Below are positions 17,742-28,809 of a stretch of 64,000 bases of DNA, piece after piece. The notes under the pieces are model-generated. The model did not search any database, was not told where the DNA came from, and saw nothing but the letters and a program-made list of their open reading frames with translations. How positions within the stretch are numbered: position 1 is the stretch's first letter; each line of letters starts with the position of its first letter. Source of the stretch: Terracidiphilus sp. (lineage in GTDB: Bacteria; Acidobacteriota; Terriglobia; Terriglobales; Acidobacteriaceae); the NCBI GenBank assembly GCA_049517515.1, contig JBEKSA010000017.1:13090-77089 (forward strand), written 5' to 3'. The position numbers and the translations under genes were made by a program.

Positions 17742-18176
17742 ATGAGCGATACGGCGCCGCGTAACCCGCGGGGCGCGCCGCAGATGCTGGCCGACGCGCT
17801 GCTGCGCAGCGCATCGGGTACGACGGCCCTTCTGCGCGTGACAGGCACGAATACGGATACGAGCATGTCGGAGGTCGGCCTGGTAGCGACCACCTTCGCC
17901 GATGTTCCGGTAAGCCCGGTGCTGATGCGCAAGCTGCGGCCGCAATGGCAGGAAGGTGGCGAATCGAAGTGGGAGCTGCTGGTGTCGGCCACGAGTGTGG
18001 AGCAGCAGATCAACACGCTCGATTTGCCGTCGGCACAGTCTCTGTTCGCCATGACTTTGGCGGTTACCGTGGCCGGGCAAGACTATCTGATTGAGTCGAT
18101 CGCTTCCAATGAGGCGTTTGGCCAGGTGTATCTCTACCGGCTGCTTTTGCGCGAGGCGCGGCAGCAGGCGGTGTAA
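17742..18176 (+). CDS. Head closure/stopper-like protein
   Basis: Size (144 aa), beta-rich pattern and position after the adaptor; no diagnostic motif. Confidence 0.5.
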   Translation: MSDTAPRNPRGAPQMLADALLRSASGTTALLRVTGTNTDTSMSEVGLVATTFADVPVSPVLMRKLRPQWQEGGESKWELLVSATSVEQQINTLDLPSAQSLFAMTLAVTVAGQDYLIESIASNEAFGQVYLYRLLLREARQQAV

Positions 18177-18193
18177 CCGCGCGAGGGGCATCC

Positions 18194-18679
18194 ATGCAGA
18201 ATGCGAAAGATTCTTTTTATATGGCGTTGCGCACGCGGCTTACCGAGATCAATCCGCAGCGGACGATCCTGGTGCGGGGTACCGTAAGGCCGGGAATCCT
18301 GGTGGAGGAAGCAGAGGCTCCGTTCAGCCAGTTCCCTAGCGACGTGTTTGTGTTGCGCTGGCTGGGCCTGGCTGTTGACATGGACCTGGCATCAACGATG
18401 ACAGGGGAGCAATGCGAAATCGTCTACCAGACGTGCGGCACACAGAGCTTCGGCGGGCTGGATCGCGGCCGAGCTTTGAGCACGATGGACGAGGAATTAA
18501 TGGCGATGATTCAGCCTTTCTACACACCGAAGCTGAATTACGCCGCCACGCCGCCAGCCGCCATGCTGACGCAGGTTTTCTGGGATGAGCCGGTGTTCTC
18601 GCCCATCGTTACCCAGCGCGACCGGCTGAGCCGCAGCGCGACAGTGTTGGTTTACAGCTACCAGGAGCAGGGGGAGTAA
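18194..18679 (+). CDS. Tail terminator/completion-like protein
   Basis: N-terminal helix (KDSFYMALRTRL), 161 aa, immediately before the tube gene; called on synteny. Confidence 0.5.
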   Translation: MQNAKDSFYMALRTRLTEINPQRTILVRGTVRPGILVEEAEAPFSQFPSDVFVLRWLGLAVDMDLASTMTGEQCEIVYQTCGTQSFGGLDRGRALSTMDEELMAMIQPFYTPKLNYAATPPAAMLTQVFWDEPVFSPIVTQRDRLSRSATVLVYSYQEQGE

Positions 18680-19654
18680 ATGGCCGCAACTTGGTTTTCC
18701 GCTCCGGCGCCGGTGTCGCGACGGGTGCGGGCTTTCTTTGCGCCGGTGAATCGCGCGGCGCAGACGCCCGTTCTTTTCGATCCGTCGGAACAGGGCTGGT
18801 TTAGTCTTGATGCCCCACCGGCACCGTGGATCAGCCTAGGATGGGTGCAGGATTTTGTGCGCAAGACGGCGAGTAAGTCAGCGGCGCTGATGACCGGAAT
18901 TCCCGCAGCGCCCCTCGAACAGGTGCGCGAGACCCTCGAAGCGCAAGTAAGTCTTCAATTTCTAAGTTGGACGAAGCTGACGATGGGTCTGGCTACCGGC
19001 TCGCAACATATGAACATCCTTGCGCCGGCGATTGGCGCGGCTCCTGCAGCTGATGGAGCACAAGCATCGCCCGCAGTGACACCGCAGAGCGGTTCGACGA
19101 GCACGTCGATTCTGCTGGCGCTTACGGACGCGGCCAAATTCACACCCGGCGCGATCGTCGCTGTCGACGCGGATTACAACGGGCAGACCGGCTATGTGGG
19201 CACTCCGGTAGCCGGCGCGTACGTGCGCCAGGTGCTCACGGATGTGGACTACGTGCGGCGCGTAACGTTCAATGTCGCGCTTGTATCGCAAGTGACCGCG
19301 ACCGGGCTGAATCTGGCCGAGCCGTTGCCGGGCGGCGCCCCTGCAACGGGCGCCAAGGTGCAGGCAGTGACCGGATTTGTCGATCGAGAAGGCGGAAGCT
19401 TTTACCAGGAGTGGTCAGGGCTCTTTGTGATGGAAGGCAGCCAGGGAGAGAGAATCTTTTTCCACTATCCAAGACTGCAAGCTATGACCGGAGCGGAGGA
19501 GGCTGTTTCGCCGCTCAATCAAAAGAATCAAGGTGGACATTCGCGTGTACTACTCAAGGGGCAGTTTCTGGCATTGCCGGTGATGGACCCATTGGATGGA
19601 GAACGCGTGGTATGTTACCGGAGCTTTCTACCGGCGGCCAACGCGCTGGTATAA
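18680..19654 (+). CDS. Major tail tube-like protein with inserted domain
   Basis: WISLGWV...EAQVSLQFL..LTMGLATG and RIFFHYPRL...F.ALP.DP patterns of non-contractile tube proteins; called on synteny. Confidence 0.55.
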   Translation: MAATWFSAPAPVSRRVRAFFAPVNRAAQTPVLFDPSEQGWFSLDAPPAPWISLGWVQDFVRKTASKSAALMTGIPAAPLEQVRETLEAQVSLQFLSWTKLTMGLATGSQHMNILAPAIGAAPAADGAQASPAVTPQSGSTSTSILLALTDAAKFTPGAIVAVDADYNGQTGYVGTPVAGAYVRQVLTDVDYVRRVTFNVALVSQVTATGLNLAEPLPGGAPATGAKVQAVTGFVDREGGSFYQEWSGLFVMEGSQGERIFFHYPRLQAMTGAEEAVSPLNQKNQGGHSRVLLKGQFLALPVMDPLDGERVVCYRSFLPAANALV

Positions 19655-19694
19655 CACGCACTAGAGAATCCGAGTTACCAGACAGAGAGTTGCG

Positions 19695-22011
19695 ATGAAG
19701 ATACAAATCCAGAGGCAGGATTACACGGCTGCGTTCGACTCCGGTCGTCCATTAACCATCGAGCGCAAGCTGAATGCACCGTCGGTCTGCGAGTTATGGT
19801 TGAGCCTACCGGCCAATGGCAGTCTTGCGGCGCCGGCGCGCTTTCAATCTGTTTCGGTGACCGGGGATGACGGGACAACTTACTTCACGGGCTATATCAC
19901 TGCAAGTCCCTTGCCAGAGTATGCGGGAATTGGCCTTGAAGGGCCGCGCTACCGGCTAGCAATTCAGGCTGTGAGCGATGAGATTCTGCTGGACCAGGTG
20001 CTGATGCCGCCCAGCGCCGGATTGGCCGAAGAGGATGCGGGGACGTTGCTTGCTGCCCTTGTGGCTCACACTGGATCGACATCCCTTTCGGCGCGGACGT
20101 CTTCACTGAACACTCTTGTGGGGAACTTTACTCCGGAGCCGGGAGCAAATTGGAGCAAAAGCGCCGGAGAGGCCGCTGGCATGGCCCGGGCGGCATATCG
20201 CGCACAGAGCGGCGCAATCACGCTGTCCGCGGTACAGACAACCGTTCATCCCCTGAATGAGACCGATGGGAGCCTGAACCTGGGTAACCTGGCTCTGACA
20301 GCAAGCGTTAAGCGCGCGCTGGCCAACGATGTGACCGTTTGCGGCGAGAATGAGCCGGCAGCCTATGTTACGGAGTACTTCCTCGGCGACGGAGCAACAA
20401 CGCAGTTCAATCTGGCAGCCGACCCATACTTTCCCGCGACTTCAAAATCCACAATTATCAGCGAGCTCTTTAACGAGCCACAAATCAACGAGACGGTGTG
20501 GGAATTTTCCGAGGGAACGGGCTACCTTACGATCGGCCCCGGCGGCCTGGCGATGAACGGCGGCAACGGGATCGACGGGCAGACGTTGCTGACATGGATC
20601 GATCCCATCGAAATGGGTGGAACTCTGCTGTTTGAGGCGGTGGGAGTGAAACTGTCTCCGGGCAGCACGGGCATCGTGGCGGGATTCTTTACCAGTCTGC
20701 TGACAGCGGCGAATTGCACCGCAGGTTTTCAGGCCACGGCGCAACAAGGCACCGGAGCCGTGACGCTGCAGCCAGTCGTGGAGGGCACTCCCGCGGGAAT
20801 CACGTTTGCGTTGAATCCAGCCAACCAATACACTGTCCGTGTCCGCATACACTGTCCGGAGTGTAATCGCGCGCAAGCAATGTATTATTCCTTTGGAGAT
20901 CAGGGGCTCATCGGCGCCGGCGGTGAATGGGCCATCGCTTCTGGAAAGATCCAGATGGAGATACAAGAATTTGTCAACGGCGTCGGCGCAACTCCTGTCA
21001 CACTGTATGACGCGGCTGTTGCCTATCTTCCTGGCTCCTGCCTGGTGGTGCCGGCCAGCAGCATCAATTTAATCGGAACGATTCGCGCCGTAAGCCTGAC
21101 GAACTTAGGGTCAGGTTGGGTAGTAAGTACCCCGCCGGCTGGCGGAGCGTACACGCGAAGGGTAGGCACAACCGCCGAAGCCGCGGAGTGTCATCTGGAG
21201 CGCACCGGCAAGGTCACGTTCTACACCGGATGCACGCCGGTTGCAGGTGAACAGATTGCAGTGAGTTACCGCACGGTTGGGCGGGCCGTAGGCCGCGCGG
21301 TAAACTCCACCAGCCAGCAGGCGCTGGCACAAGCCGGCTCACCGACTGTGGCCGCCTGGATCGGCTCGGTCACTCGTCCCCCCGGCACGCTGCTCCGCGG
21401 ATTGCCGCAATGCCGCGCTGGTGATGGAGCAGGCTGCAGCCAGCGTGAGCGCGCTTTGGAGTGGAACGTACAAAGGGAACCGGACGAGCTTTTCAGCGGA
21501 TGTTTGGCCAGGCGACGCGCTGCTGCTTGACGCGCCTTCGACAAATCTAAATGCGGAAGTCGTAGTGCGCACAGTTAAAGTAACTTACAGCGCCAGTTAC
21601 CCGGACTTAGTGGCTTATGAGATCGCCTTTGCCAATGACTGGGCAGATGACTTAGCCATCAAGACAAGCGCCGCGGTGCCAGCGGACACTTGGTTGCCGG
21701 CTCCCATTGCCCCTACAGTACTGGCCAATCTTGCCTGTCTCACGGTGGCCGCGATGAACGGGAGCACGGTGACGGTGAATACGGGAGTGACACCGCCAAG
21801 CGGCGGCGGGTTCGAGATTCGGTTGCGCGATTTTGCTTTCATGCCCGGCGAGGATCCGACGCTGGTGATCCGCGGCTCGCAGCCGAATCTTACGTTTTCG
21901 CGCATTTCGGCGAGCGATCGGTTCTACATTCGGATGTTCGATGGTTCGACGCCACCAAATTACTCGGAATTTTCGACGGCGCTGTTCATCAATCTGCCGT
22001 TGAGTTCTTGA
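19695..22011 (+). CDS. Tail hub/tip-like protein, split by a +1 frameshift at the C6 run 21378-21383 (about 771 aa if restored)
   Basis: Hub-like N-terminus (TIERKLNAPS, YFTGYI, RLAIQAVS); frame 19695 runs into GC-biased nonsense after VTRP, while the +1 frame continues PARCSADCRNAALVMEQ into DVWPGDALLLD. Confidence 0.65.
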
Positions 22012-22061
22012 ACGGAAGAGCGAGCAAAAATGAGGTACTCAACGGAGTCCGGTGGATGCGA

Positions 22062-22283
22062 ATGATGAATGATTTCGAGGCCCAGGTACTGAGCGATCTA
22101 AGCGTGCTGAAATCGCAGATGACCGGATTGATGGGCGACGGCAACGGCGGGCGGCTGGCGGAACTGGAGCGGCGCATGGAGCGCCACGAGCAGAACTGGC
22201 AGCGCGCCAGGGGATTTCTTGCGGCCTTGAGCGTACTGTTCGCAGTGATCGAAGTGGCTGTTGAGGCGTGGCACCGACACTAG
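22062..22283 (+). CDS. Holin/XhlA-like small membrane protein
   Basis: Coiled coil (GRLAELERRMERHE) plus one C-terminal TM helix; last gene of the cassette. Confidence 0.55.
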   Translation: MMNDFEAQVLSDLSVLKSQMTGLMGDGNGGRLAELERRMERHEQNWQRARGFLAALSVLFAVIEVAVEAWHRH

Positions 22284-22320
22284 AACGGTTCTCACGGATG
22301 AACCTTCGTATAATGACCCC

Positions 22321-22824
22321 ATGAGCGAACAACCGCTTGTAGGCGTTGTGATGGGCAGCAAGAGCGACTACGAAGTACTCTCGGCGGCCGTAGAAATTTT
22401 GCGCGCGCTCAAGATTCCGCATGAAGCGCGCATCGTAAGCGCGCACCGCACGCCGGACTGGCTTTTCAAGTACGCAGAAACGGCTCGCGAGCGCGGCCTG
22501 CGCGCGATCATCGCCGGGGCCGGCGGCGCGGCGCATCTGCCCGGCATGCTGGCCGCGAAAACGCTCGTCCCCGTGCTCGGGGTTCCGGTTCCCGCCACCC
22601 ACCTCAACGGCCTCGATGCGCTGCTCTCTATCGTGCAGATGCCCAAGGGTGTGCCCGTTGGAACACTGGCCATTGGCAAGGCCGGTGCGGCCAACGCTGC
22701 GCTGCTCGCCGCGGAGATTCTGGCCGCGACCGATACAGCTCTCTACGATCGCCTCGCCGCGTGGCGCGCTGCGCGCACCCAGGAAGTGCTCGACCAGAAG
22801 ATAGGCGAGGAGCAGGCCGGGTGA
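22321..22824 (+). CDS. purE: N5-CAIR mutase
   Basis: VGVVMGSKSD, SAHRTP, GAGGAAHLPGM and SIVQMPKGVPV motifs; TATAAT at 22308-22313. Confidence 0.97.
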   Translation: MSEQPLVGVVMGSKSDYEVLSAAVEILRALKIPHEARIVSAHRTPDWLFKYAETARERGLRAIIAGAGGAAHLPGMLAAKTLVPVLGVPVPATHLNGLDALLSIVQMPKGVPVGTLAIGKAGAANAALLAAEILAATDTALYDRLAAWRAARTQEVLDQKIGEEQAG

Positions 22825-23987
22825 GTTCCACCTCAGCTCCAATAAAAGAGCAGATCCTTCCCGGTAGCTTGCTGGCCGTTCTCGGCGGCGGCCAGTTGGG
22901 CCGCATGACCGCAATGGCTGCGCGCACAATGGGCTTTCGCGTGCGCGTGATGGACCCCGAGGCAAAGTGCCCTGCGAGTTTCGTGGCGGATGAGACTATC
23001 GTGGGCCGCTGGGACGACGTGGATGCGGCGCGAAGGCTGGCCGCGGGCGCGGAAGCAGTGACGCTAGAGATCGAGCAGATCGGCGTGGATGCGTTGCGCG
23101 AAGTTGCGAGCATTGCGCTGTTGCGGCCTGGCGTGGAACCGATCCGCATCATTCAAGACAAGACACTGCAAAAAACGTGGCTCGCTGAGAACGGCTTTCC
23201 CATGGGACCGTTTCGCGTCGCACGCAGCGAAGCGGAACTGCATGAGGCGGTGGCTGAACTGGGCGCGCAGGTGTTTCTGAAGACCGGCCACGGGGGCTAC
23301 GATGGCCGCGGCCAAGCGCGGATCGGATTGGATTCACCGGCGACGAGAGAGACGATTGCAGCGGCGTGGAGCGCGATTGGCGCGCGGCCCGCTGTCGCCG
23401 AAGAGGCCCTCGAGCTTGAGTGCGAGATCAGCGTGATGGCTGCGCGGAGTCCGGCGGGCGAGGTTCGCGTGTATCCCGCCGCACGCAACCACCACGAGAA
23501 TCAGATTCTGGCGTGGAGCGTTTCGCCTGCGGGTGTGCCGGCCGCGCTTGAATCGCGTGCCGAGACTCTTGCCGCGGAGCTCGTCACGAAACTTGGAATC
23601 GAGGGGCTGCTTTGCGCGGAGATCTTCGTGACGCGCGCGGGCGAGCTCTTCATCAACGAGCTTGCGCCACGGCCGCACAACAGCTATCACCAAAGCGAGC
23701 GCGGCTGCGTAACCAGCCAGTTCGAGCAGCTTGTGCGAGCGGTTTGCAATCTGCCGCTGGGATCGACGGAGCTGATCAGTCCGGCGGCGATCGTCAACTT
23801 ACTCGGCGATGTGTGGCTGAAGGGCGAGCCGAATTTGGCTGCGGCGCTCGCGGTTCCCGGCGTTCGATTGCACCTCTACGAGAAGCACACGCCGCGATCA
23901 GGGCGCAAAATGGGGCATTTGTCGGCGGTGGGAGCTACTGCGGAAGAGGCGCTGGAACGAGTGCTGGAAGCGAAGAGGAGACTCTAG
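22821..23987 (+). CDS. purK: N5-CAIR synthetase
   Basis: LGGGQLGRM, GGYDGRGQ, NELAPRPHNS and RKMGH motifs. Confidence 0.96.
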   Translation: MSSTSAPIKEQILPGSLLAVLGGGQLGRMTAMAARTMGFRVRVMDPEAKCPASFVADETIVGRWDDVDAARRLAAGAEAVTLEIEQIGVDALREVASIALLRPGVEPIRIIQDKTLQKTWLAENGFPMGPFRVARSEAELHEAVAELGAQVFLKTGHGGYDGRGQARIGLDSPATRETIAAAWSAIGARPAVAEEALELECEISVMAARSPAGEVRVYPAARNHHENQILAWSVSPAGVPAALESRAETLAAELVTKLGIEGLLCAEIFVTRAGELFINELAPRPHNSYHQSERGCVTSQFEQLVRAVCNLPLGSTELISPAAIVNLLGDVWLKGEPNLAAALAVPGVRLHLYEKHTPRSGRKMGHLSAVGATAEEALERVLEAKRRL

Positions 23988-24520
23988 CGGTTGAGCCGAT
24001 AGAGAACGTGGCGCCGCAGCGGATGGCCTTCCGGCAAGGATGGGTGGTCGAACTCGTCATTGGAATCGTGCGTCATGCCGATCTTCTCCATCACGCGGCG
24101 AGAGCGCAGGTTTTCAGGAACCGTGAATGAAACGAGACTGTCGAGGCTGAGTTCGCCGAACGCGTAATGGACGGCGGCGCGTGCGCCTTCAGTCGCTAAT
24201 CCCCGACCCCAGCAATCAAATGCGAGCCGCCAACCGACCTCAACCGCGGGCATGAAGGGCGCGTCGAAATTTGGAATGGACAGACCGATGAAACCGATGA
24301 AGGCTTGATTCTCAAGCAGCTCGGCAGCGGACGGTCCATAGCCGTGGCGGTCGAAGTGAGCCTGAGCGCGGTCGACGAGCGCGTCGGACTCCGCGGCTGA
24401 CAGGAGCGAGGGCAGGAATTCCATCACGCGCGGATCGGCGTTCATGGCTTGGAAGGGTGGGCGGTCGGAGTCGCGCCAGGGGCGGAGGAGAAGGCGGTCA
24501 GTTTGCAGGAATTTTCGCAT
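23984..24520 (-). CDS. GNAT N-acetyltransferase (RimJ/RimL-like)
   Basis: TDRLLLRPW, VEVGWRL, WGRGLATEGA and NLRSRRVMEKIGM motifs. Confidence 0.9.
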   Translation of the reverse strand: MRKFLQTDRLLLRPWRDSDRPPFQAMNADPRVMEFLPSLLSAAESDALVDRAQAHFDRHGYGPSAAELLENQAFIGFIGLSIPNFDAPFMPAVEVGWRLAFDCWGRGLATEGARAAVHYAFGELSLDSLVSFTVPENLRSRRVMEKIGMTHDSNDEFDHPSLPEGHPLRRHVLYRLNR

Positions 24521-24676
24521 TGAAGCGCAGCCAAATTCAAAAAAAGGAAAGCGCAACTTCAGGGGTTAAAACCCCATGTTTTTGCTGCCTTTTCGCCCGG
24601 CCAAGGCCGCGCCCTTGTTGCAACGCTGATTTTTGAAACGGCTTCAGGCAAGATCCGTGGCGAGCCTAAGGCCGAA

Positions 24677-26506
<1,830 letters not shown>

Positions 26507-26807
26507 AGGTACAGTTTTTCCTTCTCTCGGATTCGGCCGCGCGGGCCCTCGGGACGGTGAGGGGAGTGAAAGTTAGAGAATGCGCCGCACAGCGCGGCAG
26601 ATTTCATTTTATCAGCCGGGGCTCAGGGACGATTGACGCGGTTGGCAGAGGGCGCGCGAATTCGATGCCAAAGACTCATTGCCCATCATTCAACGGGCAT
26701 TCACAATCGCCGCCGTATCGGCCAGCTAGGATAAGGAAATCCGATCCGCCCGGGCGGATCGATGCGTCGCGGGGCGATCGCCGGCTGCGGCTCCGCGAAC
26801 CATGAGA

Positions 26808-27080
26808 TTATTTCAGATACGCATGCACCAGGTCGATAAGATCCTCGGCGAGTTCGGGCGCAATTTGCTCCTTGGCGCCGTCCACCAGGTGGAAACGGAT
26901 GTGTGTTTCGAGCACATCGGCCATGAGGCTGTTGACACCGCCGCGGACCGCGGCGAGCTGCATCAGTTGACCGCCGCAATCCTCATCGGCTACCAACGAA
27001 CGCTCCACCGCGTCGAGTTGGCCGCGGAGTTTCTTCACCCGCTGCATGAGTTTGAGTTTCTCCCGATCGTGATGCGACAT
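26808..27080 (-). CDS. rcnR: CsoR/RcnR-family metal-sensing repressor with Ni/Co-type H-C-H-H fingerprint
   Basis: N-terminal MSHH, EDCGGQLMQLAAVRGG and LETHIRFH motifs. Confidence 0.78.
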   Translation of the reverse strand: MSHHDREKLKLMQRVKKLRGQLDAVERSLVADEDCGGQLMQLAAVRGGVNSLMADVLETHIRFHLVDGAKEQIAPELAEDLIDLVHAYLK

Positions 27081-27102
27081 TTTCCAGCTCCTCCGCTTGA
27101 AA

Positions 27103-27142
27103 ATACCCAGCCGGGGTATAGTATATGCCAAGGGGGGGTATA
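27103..27142. promoter_or_regulatory. CsoR/RcnR-type operator sites
   Basis: ATACCC-N5-GGGTAT palindrome and a G7 tract followed by TATAG, in the divergent spacer. Confidence 0.7.
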
Positions 27143-27161
27143 GACACCCTACATCCATATT

Positions 27162-28790
27162 ATGCCTCTCCGGAGCCCCAACCCGCTTTCGTATGCGCTA
27201 CCCGCCTTGGTGGGTGCCTTACTCCTCACGGCCAACCTCGCGTCCGCGCAATCGCCGGCCGGGGTTCCTGCGGACAGCTCTTTGTCCGCGGGTTGGGGGA
27301 CTTCACGCAACCTGCCGTCCGCGCCCGAGCCGCAGCTTTTGCCTGCGGTCCAAGTAGCCCAGCAAACCGCAGCCCCGCTACCACCCACGCAGAGCGGGAA
27401 TACGGGACAGTCTGGCCCCCAGGCGACAGCTGCACCTGAACCCGACTACGGAGCGAGCCAGCCGGCGGGCGCCGAATCCAATTCCGAAGGTTCCGGCTCA
27501 GTCGATCCCGAAACCCTATTTCCGCACACAGATTCCGGCCGGTACTGGATATCAGGCCAGGCAAACGTGATTTTGCAGTGGCATCCGTCTTTCTACGCGC
27601 AGTACTCCGGGCCCAACAGCATGACCAACTGGGCGCAGAGCGCCACGACGCACGTTCTAACGCTTTTCACAGGCTACGAGCTCACACGTACCACTGAAGT
27701 CTTCGCCGACCTGGAGGACGCTACGGGCTCGGGCATCGGAAACGCGAACGGCCTGGCCGGCTACTCCAACATGGATTCTGTGCGGCTAGCAAACGGCGTG
27801 GCGCTTTCCCGGTCGCCTTATCTGGCGCGGTTTATGCTGCGACAGATTATTCCGCTGACTCAGGAGCGCCAGGAAGCGGATCGCGACGAGCTGCATCTGG
27901 CCACATCGCTACCTGTCCGGCGGATCGAATTTCGCCTGGGCAAGTTCGATCTGACCGATTTCCTCGACTTGAATACCTACGGCTCCGACAGCCACCTGCA
28001 GTTTCTCAACTGGACAGTGGACGCTAACGGCGCCTACGACTACGCCGCCGACACGCGCGGCTACACCGATGGCGCAATGGTGGAATACGACGATCACTGG
28101 TGGTCGGCGCGTTTTGCCGAAGCGCTGATGCCGAAAACAGCGAACGGACAGTTTCTGGATGCCGATATCGCGCGTGCGCGCTCCGAGAACCTCGAACTCG
28201 AAGCTCGCGGAAACCGCGTTGCGCACTGCCCGGGGGTGGTGCGGCTGCTGAGCTATCTCAACCACGCCGACATGGGAAACTACGAAGAAGCGATTCGCGA
28301 GTTTCTCGATGGCGAGACCCCTACTCCTGAAATAGTTGCCACCCGGCAGCAGGGGCGCCACAAATACGGATTCGGTCTGAACTTCGAGCAGGAGATCGCG
28401 CCGCAACTGAGCGTCTTCGGCCGGTTGGGCTGGAGCGATGGCCGGAACGAGTCGTTCGCCTACACCGAGGACGATCGCACGCTCGAACTCGGCGCCCTTG
28501 CGCAGGGGGGTTTGTGGCATCGGCGGAGCGACCGCGCGGGAGTCGCTGTGGTTGGCAACGGGATCGTGGCCGCGCATCAGCAGTATCTTGCGTTGGGTGG
28601 GCTTGGGTTCATTCTTGGTGACGGCGGGCTCACCTATGGTCACGAGAAGATCGTCGAGACGTTCTACACAGCGCATCTGTGGCGAGGCTTTTTCGCCTCT
28701 TACGACTTCCAGTACATCGATAATCCAGGCTATAACCAGGCTCGCGGCCCAGTCGCCATTTCGGCGGTGCGGTTCCACACGGACTTTTGA
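27162..28790 (+). CDS. OprB/MnoP-like outer-membrane porin
   Basis: Signal peptide; GKFDLTDFLD, FLNWTV..NGAYDYAADTRGYT, PGYNQARGP and C-terminal RFHTDF motifs. Confidence 0.8.
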   Translation: MPLRSPNPLSYALPALVGALLLTANLASAQSPAGVPADSSLSAGWGTSRNLPSAPEPQLLPAVQVAQQTAAPLPPTQSGNTGQSGPQATAAPEPDYGASQPAGAESNSEGSGSVDPETLFPHTDSGRYWISGQANVILQWHPSFYAQYSGPNSMTNWAQSATTHVLTLFTGYELTRTTEVFADLEDATGSGIGNANGLAGYSNMDSVRLANGVALSRSPYLARFMLRQIIPLTQERQEADRDELHLATSLPVRRIEFRLGKFDLTDFLDLNTYGSDSHLQFLNWTVDANGAYDYAADTRGYTDGAMVEYDDHWWSARFAEALMPKTANGQFLDADIARARSENLELEARGNRVAHCPGVVRLLSYLNHADMGNYEEAIREFLDGETPTPEIVATRQQGRHKYGFGLNFEQEIAPQLSVFGRLGWSDGRNESFAYTEDDRTLELGALAQGGLWHRRSDRAGVAVVGNGIVAAHQQYLALGGLGFILGDGGLTYGHEKIVETFYTAHLWRGFFASYDFQYIDNPGYNQARGPVAISAVRFHTDF

Positions 28791-28809
28791 GGGAAACAGG
28801 GAACAGGGA

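Larger units (their letters stand above)
13311..22283 (+). mobile_element. Phage-derived virion gene cassette, GTA-like/domesticated; no packaging, replication or integration genes in window
   Basis: Ten co-oriented genes in canonical siphovirus head-neck-tail order, flanked by host genes. Confidence 0.8.

Noticed and set aside
18194-22011. Tailocin or extracellular contractile injection system
   Set aside because: No sheath, baseplate wedge or PAAR/VgrG set recognisable, and head genes are present.
21421-22011. Independent 196-aa tail gene
   Set aside because: No RBS, and its frame continues the upstream protein sensibly from the C6 run; treated as the frameshifted C-terminus.
13311-22283. 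Intact inducible prophage
   Set aside because: No integrase, repressor, replication genes, terminase, tape measure or att/tRNA boundary in the window; host genes abut both ends.
22284-22320. Purine/ZTP riboswitch before purE
   Set aside because: The spacer is only 37 nt and contains the -10 box; no room for an aptamer.
26742-26761. Perfect 20-bp palindrome CGATCCGCCCGGGCGGATCG
   Set aside because: Single GC-rich copy downstream of rcnR; most simply a transcript-end hairpin, with nothing to support more.
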